NCBI RefSeq assembly: GCF_006345805.1
Contig: NC_042998.1
Coordinates: 132,618,001 to 132,682,000 of the forward strand
Origin: Octopus sinensis
Lineage: Eukaryota
Reading direction: 5' to 3'
DNA: 64,000 nucleotides
Part shown: in pieces, positions 40,495 to 54,034 of the stretch
How the letters are laid out: every line of letters begins with the position of its first letter
Numbering within the stretch: position 1 is the first letter of the stretch
Notes under the pieces: model-generated
Database searches by the model: none
Told to the model about the DNA's origin: nothing
Seen by the model: the letters and a program-made list of their open reading frames with translations, nothing else
Translations under genes and position numbers: made by a program

Positions 40495-41845
40495 AAATAA
40501 TAATAATAATAATAATGATAATAATAATCCTTTCTACTATAGGTACAAGGCCTGAAATGTGGGGAAAGGAGGCTAGTTGATTGCATCAACCCCAGTATTT
40601 CACTGGTGCTTAATTTATCGACCTCAAAAGGCAAAGTCCACCTCAGCAGAATCTGAACTCAGAACTTAGCGACAGGTGAAATACCACTAAGCATTTCATC
40701 CAGCGTGCTAACAATTCTGCCAGCCCGATAATAATAATAATAATAATGGTTTCAAATTTTGGCACAAGAAGAAATACGTCAATTATACAGTCCCCAGTGT
40801 TCAACTGGTACTTATTTTATCGGCCCTGACAGTCAACCTTGGTGAAATTTGAACTCAGAACGTAAAGATGGGCAAAATGCTGCTAAGCATTTTGTTTAGC
40901 ATGCTAATGATGCTGCCAGTTTGCCACCTTAATGATGATAATGATAATAATAATCCAACTATAGGATTGAAATTTGTTAGGGTTGGGGCTAGTCAATTTA
41001 CATCAACCCCACTATTCAACTGGTACTTGTTTTACCGACCCCCATGAAGGGCAATGTTGATGTAGTGGAATTTGAACTCAGAGCATAAAAAGCCAGAACA
41101 AACACTGCTCAGCATTTTGTCTGACACACTAACAATTCTTATGGCTCACTGCCTTAAAAATTGTAATAATCCTTTTTACTATAGGCACAAGGCCTGAAAT
41201 TCTATGGTAGGTGTCTAATTAATTACATTGATCCCAGTGCGTAAATAGTACTTATTTTATTGACTCTGAGTAGATGAAAAGCAAAGTCAACCTCAGCAGA
41301 ATTTGAACTCAGAGCGTAAAGTTAGGCGAAATACAGCTAATATGCTAACAATTCTGCCATCTCAACGCTATAATAATAATAATAATTTTTTTTTTTTTGT
41401 CCCACCCAATCTGAAAAAAAAATCATCTGAAAACTTTAGAAATACCCTACAATCTAGGTGTGTTTTGCAAAAGTCAGCATTTCTCAGAACTGCATGCATA
41501 TTGCATAAAGTACTGTCTGTCGGAGGTCCTTGTTGTGAATTGGCAAACAGTACAAATCCCCGGTAGGCACAATATTTTCAATCAATGTCTCACAAAGTTG
41601 TAAACTGTGCGATGTCTATAATAATAATAATCGTTTCTACTATAGGCACAAGGCCTGAAATTTTGTGGGAGGGGACCAGTCGATTACATCGACCCTAGCG
41701 TTTCACAAGTACTTAATTTATTGACCCTGAAAGGATGAAAGGTAAAGTCAACCTCGGCGGAATTTGAACTCTGAACGTAAAGATGGATGAAATATCACTA
41801 AGCATTTTGTCCGGCATGCTAACAAGTTCTGCCATCTCACCAATA
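40495..41845 (-). mobile_element. Cluster of five same-orientation SINE-A copies separated mostly by (AAT)n
   Basis: Copies at ~40529, ~40746, ~40950, ~41166 and ~41630, each with the reverse-complement core/head (gaaaggcaaagtc..gaatttgaactcagaac..ctaacaattctgcc). Confidence 0.85.
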
Positions 41846-43961
41846 ATAATAATAATAATAATAATAATGGTTGTTTCTAGCATCCTAATAACACTAATGA
41901 TATATTGGAGTTTGCACATGGCCATAATAAATGGTTCACTCAAGCCCAGCATTTGGCTAATAGTTGCCAATCATAGTTGAAAGTACTGATGGGTGAAGTT
42001 GATTTCATTGTGGTTTGAACTAAGACCATCGAGAAATGAAAAGTAGTGTTTAGTGTAGTCCAGCACTTTGCTATTTCTGCCACTCCATTATCCTTATATT
42101 TAATAACAACAACAATAATGATAATAATAATAATAATAATGAGGATGATTATTTATATTGATATAATTATTGTTGTTACTACTGCTATTACTACCACTAC
42201 TAACTTGCGTGCTTTACAGTGAATCTTTGAAATGTCAAGATAACCTTACTAATGATGGTCGTTTAAAGATACTAAAGCTGCTACTATTACACCTACTACT
42301 ATTGCCCTACTACTACTGTTATTGATAATAGTGTAAACAACATAGTCCCTTATATTAATGCTGTGTTGTCCTACTCCCTCTTCACCTCTTGTGGATTCTA
42401 ACTACTGCTGCTGTTGCTGCTGCTGCTACTACTATTATAACTATTGCTACAGATAGTAATGTAAGCAAGAAATTTAATCTGTGCCACCAAACCCTCCCTT
42501 GCCAGTGGTCGATCTATCAGATTGTCATGTCTGTCTAAAGAAAAGGGCGACGGCTAGACTCTGGTCTGTCTGTTTGTCTCCTGCATCTCTTGCTCTTTTT
42601 TGTTTAATAAAACCATCACTATTACTACCACCAGCACCTTCTCCCCCACCTCACCACTGTGGTCATCATCTTAATCATTCACATAGTATTATTATTATTA
42701 TTATTATTATATATCAGCAGATAGACAGACAGACGTAGGCAGTTTTGCAAACCTGTACGTGCATTTATACATGCGTAGCATACAGACAGCAATGTGTAAA
42801 AAGGTAAATAAAAAAAAAAACTGTAAGAAATATTGTATAAATACATTCACGTATGCATTGCTCGTGTATTTCTATATTCATAGGCATATAGTCAATGGTG
42901 TTGACGCACCATACATGCACTCATGTGCAACTGTAAACCAAATACATGCATATATTTGTGAGTGAGCATATACATTTTATGTGCATGTGTATATATAGAG
43001 GCATGTACATCAGAAAACTAATATGAATTTTTAGTTAATATTTTCATTTCACATGCATATATGGACTCGCGTACTAAGCACATGTGCACACAAAGTACAT
43101 ACGTGCGTCTATGTGTATAAGTACATGAACGCACCTGCAAACAATTACATATGCAGTGTTATGGTTATGCTTGTCTCGTGTGCACATGCACACACACACA
43201 CACATGTACATTCACAGAGAAGGTCATGGTATTTCTGTGGAATATACCTTAGCCTGCTCTCTTTTTGTATCATATCCAAACTGATGCCATCATAGAAAGT
43301 GAGATTAGAAACTGATGATGATGGTGATGGTGATGATGATGATGATGCAATAGTGTCACCCTTCTGCCCCCCCTTTCGCCTCTTCTACTTTCTTTGTGTC
43401 TTCAGTGTGCCCTCCCTATCACATTTTCTTTCTACATCCACTCTCTCATTTCTTTCTTTCTCTCTCATTTACTGCTTCTTTTTAGTATAAAGGTTATGTG
43501 TGTTCATTCTGTAGACGCGTGCATGCATACGTCTATGCTATACATATGCACTGTGTGTGTGTGTTTGTGCATGCTTTGGCCGATGTGTATGAAAATTCAG
43601 TATTGTGTAGATAGACCATAGCTGTGTTTCAACTTTAATTTTAAACATACTTTAGGCATGCGCACGCATACATACACACACTTTACAAACAAACGTGTTT
43701 GCACATTCATTCAAAGAACACATAAGCATAATAAACCTTGAACAACCCCCTTTCTATGACTAGCCTTTAAGCATTTCATGTGAAGTGACTCATGACCAAT
43801 CTTTGTGTTGTGACACAGCTGTGGATTTGGTCAAAATTAATTCTTTAGAACTAACACAGTCCACTATGCATATGTTCCTGGATTTAGTAGCAAATGTGAG
43901 CAAGCCAACAGTTATCTATTACTATATTCTTTATAGAAATAGATATGTAGTAGATGTACCA

Positions 43962-44190
43962 CTGTCAGTTGGCAAAATCCTTAGTATGCTGGTTAAAATG
44001 TTTAGCAGCATTTCATCAGTCCTTACATTCTGAGCTCAATTTCCACCGAGGTTGACTTTGCCTTTTGTCCTTTCCAAGTCAATAAAATAAATACTAGTTG
44101 AACACTAGGAGGTCAATGTAATCGACTTACCCCTTCCCCAAAATTACTGGCCTTTTACCTAAATTTTAAACCATTATTATTATCATCATC
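43962..44190 (+). mobile_element. SINE-A copy
   Basis: Head ttggcaaaatccttag, ttctgagctcaatttccaccgaggttgactttgcc core, (ATT)n/(ATC)n tail. Confidence 0.8.
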
Positions 44191-44462
44191 ATCAACGGAA
44201 TGGCAAGTTATTAGAGTATCAGAAAATATCTTGCAGTATTTGTTCCAACACTTTACATTTTGAGATAGAATTCTGTTGAGGTCAACTTTGCCTTCCATCT
44301 TTTTAGGGTTGCTATTCCCCTCAAAATTGCTAGACTTGTGTCTGAATTAGAACAAATTTTATCCTCTTCATCTTTAGTGTAAACCCTTACACAATTGTAA
44401 ACTGTCTTTGTAAATGCATTCCTCATCAGATGTCCATATGGCAAAAAAAGAAATATTGATAG

Positions 44463-44940
44463 TCATCATCATCATCATCGTCGTTTAACGTCCGTTCTCC
44501 ATGCTAGCATGGGTTGGACGGTTCGACCGGGGTTCTGGGAAGCCAGAAGGCTGCACCAGGCTCCAGTCTAATCTGGCAATGTTTCTACAGCTGGATGCCC
44601 TTCCTAACGCCAACCACTCCGTGAGTGTAGTGGGTGCTTTTTACGTGCCACCTGCACAGGTGCCAGGCGGGGCTGGCAACGGCCATGGTCAGATTGGTGT
44701 ATTTTATGTGCCACCGGCACGGAAGCCAGTCGAGGCGGTGCTGGCATCGGCCACGAGTCGGATAGTGCTTTTTACGTACCACCAGACCAGGGATCCTGGC
44801 TGGTTCAATTCGATTTCGATTTCGCTTGCCCCAACATGTCTTCACAAGCAAAGGGGGTTGGCATGGGTGCCTGTCGTACGGTCGCATTGGAGTATTTTAC
44901 GTGCCACGGCCACGAGTCGGATAGTGCTTTTTACGTACTG
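44463..44940 (-). mobile_element. Longest family C copy, with internal repeated subunits
   Basis: (ATC)n tail, conserved 3' segment and several gtgcttttacgtgccacc-like units; ggccacgagtcggatagtgctttttacgtac occurs twice. Confidence 0.85.
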
Positions 44941-44944
44941 GAAA

Positions 44945-45175
44945 TAATAATGATAAATGGTTTCAGATTTTGACACAAGGCTAACAGTTTCACAGGAGGG
45001 GGTAAGTCAATCACATCAAGCCCCTGTGTTCAACAGGTGCTTATGTTATTGACCCTGGAAAGATGAAAGGGAAGTCGACTTTGGTAGAATTTGAACTCAG
45101 AATGTAAAGACAGAGAAAAACGCTGCTAAGCATCTTACCTGGCAATCTAACAATTCTGCCAGTTCATCACCTCAC
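44945..45175 (-). mobile_element. SINE-A copy
   Basis: Reverse-complement core and head, (AAT)n at the tail side. Confidence 0.75.
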
Positions 45176-45810
45176 TAATAATGTTCAATATTATTATTAT
45201 TGTTATTATTATTATTATTATTATTGAGTGAAAGAGCAGTGCATGCCATCAAAGTGACAAAATATACAAAACCCAATATTACTTATCATGACTACCTGTC
45301 TGATAAGGGTACACCAGGCATGTACATTACAACTATATATGCGCAACATAGTGATCTCATATCAAGGTCAACAGTGCATGACTTTGCAAGTGGGGCCCAG
45401 TTAGAATTTTCTTCAAGTTGAGTAGCCCATCCTGCTCAAAAGGCCCTTGAATAAAGGTTGTTTAAGGATGTTGAACGAAACACCCATGTTTCCAAAGGTA
45501 AATTATCCAAACCCCAAAGAATTCCTTTCAACACATGGCTATGATGCTCCCCCGCAACTTCTGCTTGTGATCAGAGATTCACTTACCGGCAGCCACTAAG
45601 GGACATGCTCAACTGGTTATGGTCAAGCAACTGACAAGCAAATCTGTGGTATTGAGCAGAATATTTGTTGTAGCCTGTATTATTATTGTTGTTTCAGGGT
45701 CAATAAAGTAAGTACCAGATAAGCAATATGGTCATTTTAATTGACTGACACAGTCCCTTTAAAGCTGTTGGACTTGCATTAAAATTTGAAACTATCATTG
45801 TTATTATTAT

Positions 45811-46030
45811 TAGGACGGTCAGCTGGTAGAATCGTTAGCACGCCGGACAGAATCCTTAGCTGTATTTCGCCCTTCACTCCATTCTGAGTTCAAATTCCGC
45901 AGAGGGCGAGTCCTCCTTTCATCCTTTTGGGGTCGATAAAATAAGCACCAGTTGAACACTGGGGTCAATGTATTCGACTCACCCCCTCCCCAGAATTGCT
46001 GCCCTTGTGGAAAAATTTGAACTTATTATT
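45811..46030 (+). mobile_element. SINE-A copy
   Basis: agctggtagaatcgttagcacgccggac...ttctgagttcaaattccgc...gggtcgataaaataagcaccag. Confidence 0.85.
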
Positions 46031-47280
46031 ATTGTTGTTGTTGTTGTTGTTGTTAGCAATGCAATAGCATGTCTAAGTTCCTGGTTTTCTGAACGTGCAG
46101 CATGATTCTGATATCACATAGTTAGAACCATTTCACTTTGATACATGACGTTATCAGTTTATGCGTGTTTTTCCATACTGAGATGGGTTGGATAGGTCTT
46201 GCTACTCATTACACCCAATCATCTTCTGGTACACACCACAACAAAGAATAATAGCCACTTTTGTTGCACTAGAGAGTTTCCTTTCTAATGAGGTTAAAAG
46301 AATTCCTTTTACATTGCCTTTTATATATAGGTGTGTGTGTGTGTGTGTGTGTGTTACAAATTACATATTTGGTCATATTATACTTAAAAGATATTCAGGC
46401 CTGATATGCTACTATAAACTTATACAGAAATAACATAGAAACAGTCTCACATCATATACGCACACATACATATAGGCATTCACAGCAATGATCTTAAATG
46501 TGAAATGGGAACATTATAATATATATATATATATATATTATTTACACATATATGTATTTATAAGACATAGTGTAAGTGCTGACCCAGTTGTTAATGTCTG
46601 ATCAAATAGGCAGACTGTATATGTACATGTACAAGACGTGGAAGGGGAGGACGTTCTATTATTGGATTGGCATACATGCACACACGCACATCGTACATGT
46701 AAACATATGAACATGCCCTAAGGGTGTGTGTGTGTGTGTGTGTGCTATCATTAGGATTGCTAAAATGCATCAATCTCTAATGTCTGCCTGTTGATTGCTG
46801 AGAAATCATGTTTCATTGGTGTAGGAGGCAGTGCTGGTGGCAGTGGTAGTGGTGGTAGCAGTGTTACTGCTGCTACTAGGGAGAGCGGCCAGTTTTATAA
46901 ACTCAGTGAGGCTGTGCAAATTACAATTATAATCTAGAATTATCCTCCTTCTAAGTGGATTATTGTCATGGTAGTTGTTGTTGTTGTTGTTGCTCGTTTT
47001 CTTTTTTCTGTGTTTTTTTTTTTTTTTTTTTTTTTTTTTGTTAGAGTCTGATGTAGAAGGAATATGTCTTTTACTTGTGTTTCAGTCATTTGTACGGCAG
47101 CCATGCTTGGGCACTGCCCTTTTACTTACACTTTTAAACCCTGGTGCTTATTTTAGCATTTTCATTTTACCGAATTACTAAATTATAGGGACATGAGCCA
47201 AAACCAATTAAATGAGGAAGGTAGACAAGCAGAAAAGTCTACATACACACACATACACACACACAAACACGTGTACGTAT

Positions 47281-47661
47281 GACGGACTTCCTTCAGCTTC
47301 TTTCTACTAAATCCACTCTCAAGGGTTTGGTCAGCTCAGGGATATTGTAGAAAACACTTGCCCAAGGTACCACGCAATGGTACTGAACGCAGAACCACGT
47401 GGCTGAAAAGTAAACTTATCACCACACAGCCATGCCTGTACTTACATCAGACGTGGCTATGTGGTAAGAAGCTTGCTTCCCAACCACATAGTTCCGGGTT
47501 CAGACACTGTGTGGTACCTTAGGCAAGTGTCTTCTACTATAACCTCGGGCTGACCAAAGCCTTGTGAGTGGATTTGGTAGACAGAAACTGAAAGAAACCC
47601 ATCATATATATATGTATATATATATATATATATGGAAAACGGATGTTAAACGATGATGATG

Positions 47662-47692
<31 letters not shown>

Positions 47693-47733
47693 ATCATCAT
47701 CGTTTAACATCCGTTTTCCATGCTAGCATGGGT

Positions 47734-47789
<56 letters not shown>

Positions 47790-47995
47790 TGTGTGTTTGT
47801 GTTAGTTCCTCCATCATTGCTTGACAACTGATGTTGGTGTGCTTATGTTCCTGTAACTTAGTGGTTCGGCAAAGGAGACTGATAGAACAAGTACTAGGCT
47901 TAGAAGGAATAAGTCCAAGGGTTGATTTCTTCAACTAAAGGCAGTGCTCAAGCATGGCCACAGTCAAATGACTGAAACGTGTAAAAGAGTAAGGA
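47281..47995. mobile_element. Head-to-head SINE-B pair (- strand partial ~47281-47437; + strand full ~47452-47995)
   Basis: Both heads and cores recognisable, about 15 bp apart. The + copy carries a palindromic family C insert in its internal microsatellite. Confidence 0.85.
47632..47721. repeat. Near-perfect 90-bp palindrome (31-bp identical arms, (TA)n loop)
   Basis: atggaaaacggatgttaaacgatgatgatga (47632-47662) and its exact reverse complement (47691-47721). Confidence 0.97.
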
Positions 47996-48822
47996 GTATA
48001 TCAAAATGCTAGTAGTGGTAATGGTGGTTGTATGGCCAGAATGGCAGTAGTGTACCTCATCCAGCCCATAGCAGTATTGAGCTTTGTTCTCTCTCAGTAA
48101 AATATAGGTTATCAGTCACATCATATATTGGTTTAGAAGTGTGTGGAGTAGAGTGTGAGGGTCAAATGAGTGCACTTTCAACCACTCCCCCCACCCCCTG
48201 ATTCTCTGCAAAGATGTGCATGGAAGACTCAAATAATTATTGAAATAATTATAATCATTAACAAACTCCCACACATTTTCTGTGTTGGCTCGATCTTGAT
48301 AAAACAAATACCAGCCATATGCTGGTACCCTCCTTCATGAAGTACCAGATACATAGCCAAGGTGGGGCTCCAGCATGGGCCACAGTCCAATGACAAAAAA
48401 AAAAAGAACAAGTAATAAAAGGTACCCTGCTTTTAAGTACCATTTATAGATATGGTTCAGTTGTATAAACTGTATCTTTCCTGAAATGTCAGCTTTATGC
48501 TGACGAATACTACCAATTGTACACTCCTTATATTATAAAGCGCCAGTTATGTACTGGTAATTTATAACAACTGTACCACACACTATGAATTTGTTTTGTT
48601 TTTCTATTTCTGTTCTCTTTATTTCCTTGTTTACATTCAATATTTGCTGTGCTATCATTCATCAACTGAAGTTTGGAGTTCAACTCTTATTTAGGTTTAA
48701 CTGTGATTATTCCTCCTTCCGGAAGAAAAATTTACCAGCTATGTTCAAGGACCCATTATTGAATATTGTATTGTAGAATTGACAAAATATCAGCCAAATT
48801 GCATTGTAATATTTAGTTATTT

Positions 48823-49040
48823 CCTAAGGCAGCAAGCTGGCAGAATTGTTAGCACACCGGGCAGAAATGCCTAGCAGCATTTTATCTGTCTTTGCATCCT
48901 GGGTTCAAATTCTGCCAAGGTTAACTTTGCCTTTCATCCTTTTGGGATCGATAAAATAAGTACCAGTTGTGCACTGGGGTCAGTGTAATTGACTGATTTC
49001 TCCTCGCAAAATCGCTGGCTTTGAGCCAAAATTTGAAATC
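48823..49040 (+). mobile_element. SINE-A copy with CpG decay
   Basis: Head aaggcagcaagctggcagaattgttagc; core aattctgccaaggttaactttgcctttcatcc. Confidence 0.85.
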
Positions 49041-50117
49041 ACTGTTTAGATATTTCCCTTTTATGTTCAACATTCAAAATTCTGTAGTGTCAACTATGCT
49101 CTCCTTGAGGATCTCTAAAATGAAGTACTAATCAAGTATTGGAGTACAATGATTTGTTGTACTCTTCCCTAAAATTTATAACCTTGCACCTATTTTAGAA
49201 ATTGTTATTGTCGTGTTTATTTTGAAAAATTTAGTGTTAGGGTTTGTTTTAAAGTAGCCCCGATTTGCTTGCATAGATGTGTGATAAAGAATTACTTAGA
49301 TAGCTTCCTGCCAACTACACAGTGTTTCAATACCCTCAGCCTGCTGCATAAGCAGATAGAAAATTCTACAGTGGGATCGCCACTAGTATTGCTAGATTGT
49401 GCAATATAGTACAGAAGAATGTACTTAAAACCTCAACAACTGACTTCACTAATTTAGTTCACTTTAATTTCTGTGACTGTTAAAGAAAACCCATCCAAAC
49501 TGATTTTGCTGGGGTATCTACTACCTACTTCAGTATATATATATATATATATATATGCATATGACATACACAGACACTCACATACATACTTGTATGTTTA
49601 TGCATATATGTATGTAAACAGGTGCCGGTGTGGCTGTGTGGTAAGAAGTTAATTTTGTAACCTCATGGTCTCAGGCTCAGTCCCACTGTGTGGCACTTTG
49701 GTGCAAATGTCTTCTACTATAACAGGATGGGAAACCCTCACCTGCAGGCACAATTGCACCCATGAGCCCATTTTATTGCGCCCACAGGCTGGTATACCTA
49801 CATGTACAAAATATAGTAAATTTTTCAGTTGTGAAATTTATACAATGCACATATGCCTATTTGCAACATAGGTTGGTGTTTCTACTATGACTTCAAACGG
49901 TTAGACGCAAACAGAAAATCATCTGGTAATGGCCATTTGAATGGAAATTTTGTTTTCACTATAAAATACATCCCTTTGAGACCCAACTACACTCTAGCTG
50001 AAAAATATAGAATACCTCATAAGTAATTTAAACGCCCTAAATTCAGTGGTGGCGTTAATTTAACGTTAAACTTATCTTTATTAATGTGTCTCAAATTATA
50101 CATAGATATACCTGGCC

Positions 50118-50277
50118 CTACACTCTCGGAGTGGTTGGCGTTAGGAAGGGCATCCAGCTGTAGAAACACTGCCAGATCTGACTGGCCTGGTGCAGCCTTC
50201 AGGCTTGCCAGACCCCAGTTGAACCGTCCAACCCATGCTAGCATGGAAAGTGGACGTTAAACGATGATGATGCTGAT
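50118..50277 (+). mobile_element. Family C 3' fragment
   Basis: ttaggaagggcatccagctgtagaaac...caacccatgctagcatggaaagtggacgttaaacgatgatgatg. Confidence 0.85.
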
Positions 50278-51372
50278 ATATACGAGATTTACAAAGATAT
50301 AAGAGTTAGAACTTGTGATCCACCCACGGATTTCTTTTTTTTTTTTTTTTTGGAAATGTTTGTCTACAACACTAAAAAGTTTCCCCACCCCTGTACTATA
50401 ACCTCAGAAACTGAGAGAAGCTTGTCGTGTGTGTATGTGTTTTAGTGTCTGTGTTTGTTGCCAACCACCACTTGACAATGGGTATTGATGTGTTTACAGC
50501 CCTGTAACTTAGCGGTTTAGCAAAAAGAGACCAATAGAATAAGTTTCATGCTTTAATGAATATAAGTCCCAGGGTCGATTTGTTTGATTAATATTCTTCG
50601 CAGCAGCAGTCGAATGACAAACAAGTAAAAGATAAAGGATAAGCATACACGCAGGTGTATTTGTGTAAACAATGTATGTGATGATGCACATGCACATCAG
50701 CTCATGCACGTACTTACACTTGTGTGCATACACATGTGTGATGTTTGTGTTATACGTAATTTGGCAGGGAGGGTGCTAGGCAACCAGTGTGCCATCTAAA
50801 TGAAGAAATACATCAACTTCATTCTGCGAAAGATATTTTCTTGTGATGTGGCTGAGGGTTATTCAGTGCTTGTGATTCAGCTCCTAGTATATATATATTC
50901 TTCCTTGCCCAACCTCATTCATTTCACCAACCTTCCCCTGTCTTATCATCACCTAGCCCTTGTTTTCTCCTTCTCCTCCATCTATTTTATTCACATCCCT
51001 TAATGTCTATAAAGATACGGATATGCACGCACACTCACTCACACACACACACACAGTGCTAATCCTTTCACACACAAATTGAAGATAAGCTCTACTCTCT
51101 CTCATAGCACCTTTTAAAGGGTTGATAAATCATATACCAGACTTGTACTAACCATTGTGTGGTTTACAAACTTTGCAATGAACCAAAGTTAGCACACAAG
51201 ACAAAATGCTTTGTGTCATTTCTTCAGACTTTACTTTCTGAATTCCTCCATGGTTAACTCTGCATTATATCATTTTAGAGATGATCAGTTGGATTGATGT
51301 TATAATTGGACTCCTCCCTACAAAATTCCAGGCCTTTTGTTTCTTGTAGAAAGAATTACTAAGTAGTAGGCA

Positions 51373-51745
51373 CAGGCATAGCTGTGTGGCAAGAAGCTTG
51401 CTTCCCAACCACATGGTTCTGGGTTCAGTTCCACTGTATGGCACCTTGGGCAAGTATCTTCTACTATAGCCTCAGGCTGACCAAAGCCTCGTAAGTGGAT
51501 TTAGTAGACGGAAACTGAAAAAGCCTGCCATATATGTATATATGTGTGTGTGTTTGTCCCCCCAATATCGCTTGACAACTGATGCTGGTGTGTTTACATC
51601 CCCGTAACTTAGCAGTTCAGCAAAAGAGACTGATAGAATAAGTACTAGGCTTACAAAGAATAAGTACTGGGGTCGATTTGCTCGGCTAAAGGTGGTGCTC
51701 CACCATGACCACAGTCAAATGACTGAAACAAGTAAAAGAGTAAAG
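51373..51745 (+). mobile_element. Full-length SINE-B
   Basis: Head, ccttgggcaagt core, internal microsatellite, tail gactgaaacaagtaaaagag. Confidence 0.9.
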
Positions 51746-52582
51746 TGTAAAGCAATGAAGAATTTATTAAAATATATTTGTCATTATTAATCTGGTATTT
51801 AGAACATAAAATTACCATAAAATTTTGATAGGGGATTTGATTTAGTTACCGTTAAGACAGGAAATTTGTAGCATAGAACCAAAGGTAATTTCAGGTGAGT
51901 TGGTATTAAAAGAATTAAATGCCTTGTGATATTTGTTCCAGCTTTCTTTGCTGCTATAGTTAGGGTTCAATCCTGCTATGCTCAGTTTTGCCTTTCGTAT
52001 TGTGGGCAGGGAGGTCAATAAATAATCTGTCTAGGGGAGGTAGGAGCAATGGCAGAAATCTTAGAGCCTTAAAATGGGATTCATTATTATAGTATCGTTT
52101 CTACCTCTGTATGCTCTGATAACACTGATGTGGTGCTAAGCTGTGATGAACTTTGCTTTTCACTTGAATCACATCAGGGGCATGGAAGAGAGAAGACTTG
52201 CTGGTATAACAAATAACAAAAAAAAAACCTAAAACCTAACACTGGCCTAAGTGTTGCACCTTGGAGGATAACTTTCCAAGTGCTGACCAGGTTGAGGTCC
52301 AAGAATTAAGAATTGGCTCTGGCAGCGATAGTTCTCTGTAAGCTGGTTAGATTTGAGGTGCCATGAATTGTGTTTTTTCTAACCCTTCACTCTGCCTCCA
52401 GTCTTCTTTATAAATGAATACTGAGCTGTTTGTTCTTTTACTTTAAAGAGAAATGCTCTCTCCCTCCTGTTTTCTGCTTTATGCCCGATATTATGTCTCC
52501 ATATCTTTCTGCACTCCTGCTTTCTTCTATAAGCATCTGCCTGTTGAAAGCAATAACAGTCCTCTGTAAACTCATGCGTGTG

Positions 52583-52618
<36 letters not shown>

Positions 52619-53651
52619 TCAACAAACACCCATTGAATATGTACACATGTAAATCCAGTCACACATGTATAACACTAGCCACGTCCACCCGCTATACCTA
52701 TGTCATCTCTCGTGTCCCAAATTTGCCTGCTGCACTTGTGTGCAACTAGCACATTATTTACTGTACACTGTTGTCACTCAGCAAACTTGCCATCCGACTA
52801 CAGTGCATGCAGCACTCCATTAATGCACAAGTGCACTTTGCATGCAGATCAGCTGTTTTGTTTGTGACCTGTATATGCACTACTGATGACTCAGCACATG
52901 CACACACGCACTTTCAGGAATTTCACTGGCACAAAACACTGCACACACACACACACAAATGCATTTAAATACTGTACTTGCATTCAACACCATGCACATA
53001 TCATTTGTATACTGTACTCGCACAGGGCTTCAGAACACTATACACCTCTTCAAGCATGCGTACTCACTCAATACTACTCACCTATAGATAGATATATGTT
53101 GTTTCCCATTCTAATTCAGTATCAGTCTCCTCTGTCTGTCTGTGTGTGTGTGTGTCTTTGCATTTGCACATATCTGTGTGTAGGGATAACTGAAGGGCAA
53201 AGAGAATAAAAGCCACTTGAATCTCATTCTGTATTCAGCTCTGTTTATTATCAGCTATAGACGTAAGACATTGCCAAAGTCTGTGTCTTTTTATTTGCAT
53301 TTCATTCCGTTCCCTGCAAAAAGCCTCCGTTAGCTCCACCAACCCCTCCAGAGACTTCGCTTAGTGTATGATATTTAGAATAAAACTGCTATCAAGTCTT
53401 ATTTTTGGGTGCAGAATGTTTGATGTATTATCTACATTAATTTAGACTACCCAACTGTCTTCTGTCTTACCCTAAGGATTATTGCCCCTCTTTGACCACC
53501 CTTAAAAAAATTGGTCCCTAAGTTCATATGTACATGCTTGTTATAAATTCCTACTCGAAGATATCAAGTTCTTTTTCCTTTGTTCATGAACTTAGTATGT
53601 GGGTGATAGTACTTTGAAATTTACTATACTATGTATTTTTAAAAATTTTAT

Positions 53652-53830
53652 TTGTTTCAGTCATTTGACTGAGGCCATGCTGGAGCACCGCCTTTAGTCA
53701 CACAAATCATCCTTAGGACTTATTCTTTGTAAGCCTAGTACTTATTCTATCAGTGTCTTTGGCTGAACCACTAAGTTACGGGGATGTAAACACACCAACA
53801 TCGGATGTCAAGTTATAGTGGGGGCACAAA
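53652..53830 (-). mobile_element. 3' half of SINE-B
   Basis: gtttcagtcatttgactgaggccatgctggagcaccgcctttagtc...cttattctttgtaagcctagtacttattctatc. Confidence 0.85.
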
Positions 53831-53999
53831 CACAGACACACAGACATATATATATATATATATATATATACAACGGGCTTCTCATTTGTGAGATCAGTCA
53901 AATTTATTGCCGATATTCTCATTTTAAAAATCGTCTCTGGTTAATCGTTAGGAGGATGTTGGTGTTGCCTTGGCAGAGATTTGCACTTTCTGAGTGCTC

Positions 54000-54034
<35 letters not shown>

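Noticed and set aside
44630-44940. Repeat-spacer pattern resembling a CRISPR array
   Set aside because: Units are degenerate and irregularly spaced, lie inside a retroposon, the DNA is eukaryotic and no cas-like ORFs exist.
49722-49890. hAT-like terminus (caggatgggaaacc) interrupting a SINE-B head
   Set aside because: No matching right-hand terminal repeat or TSD could be identified.
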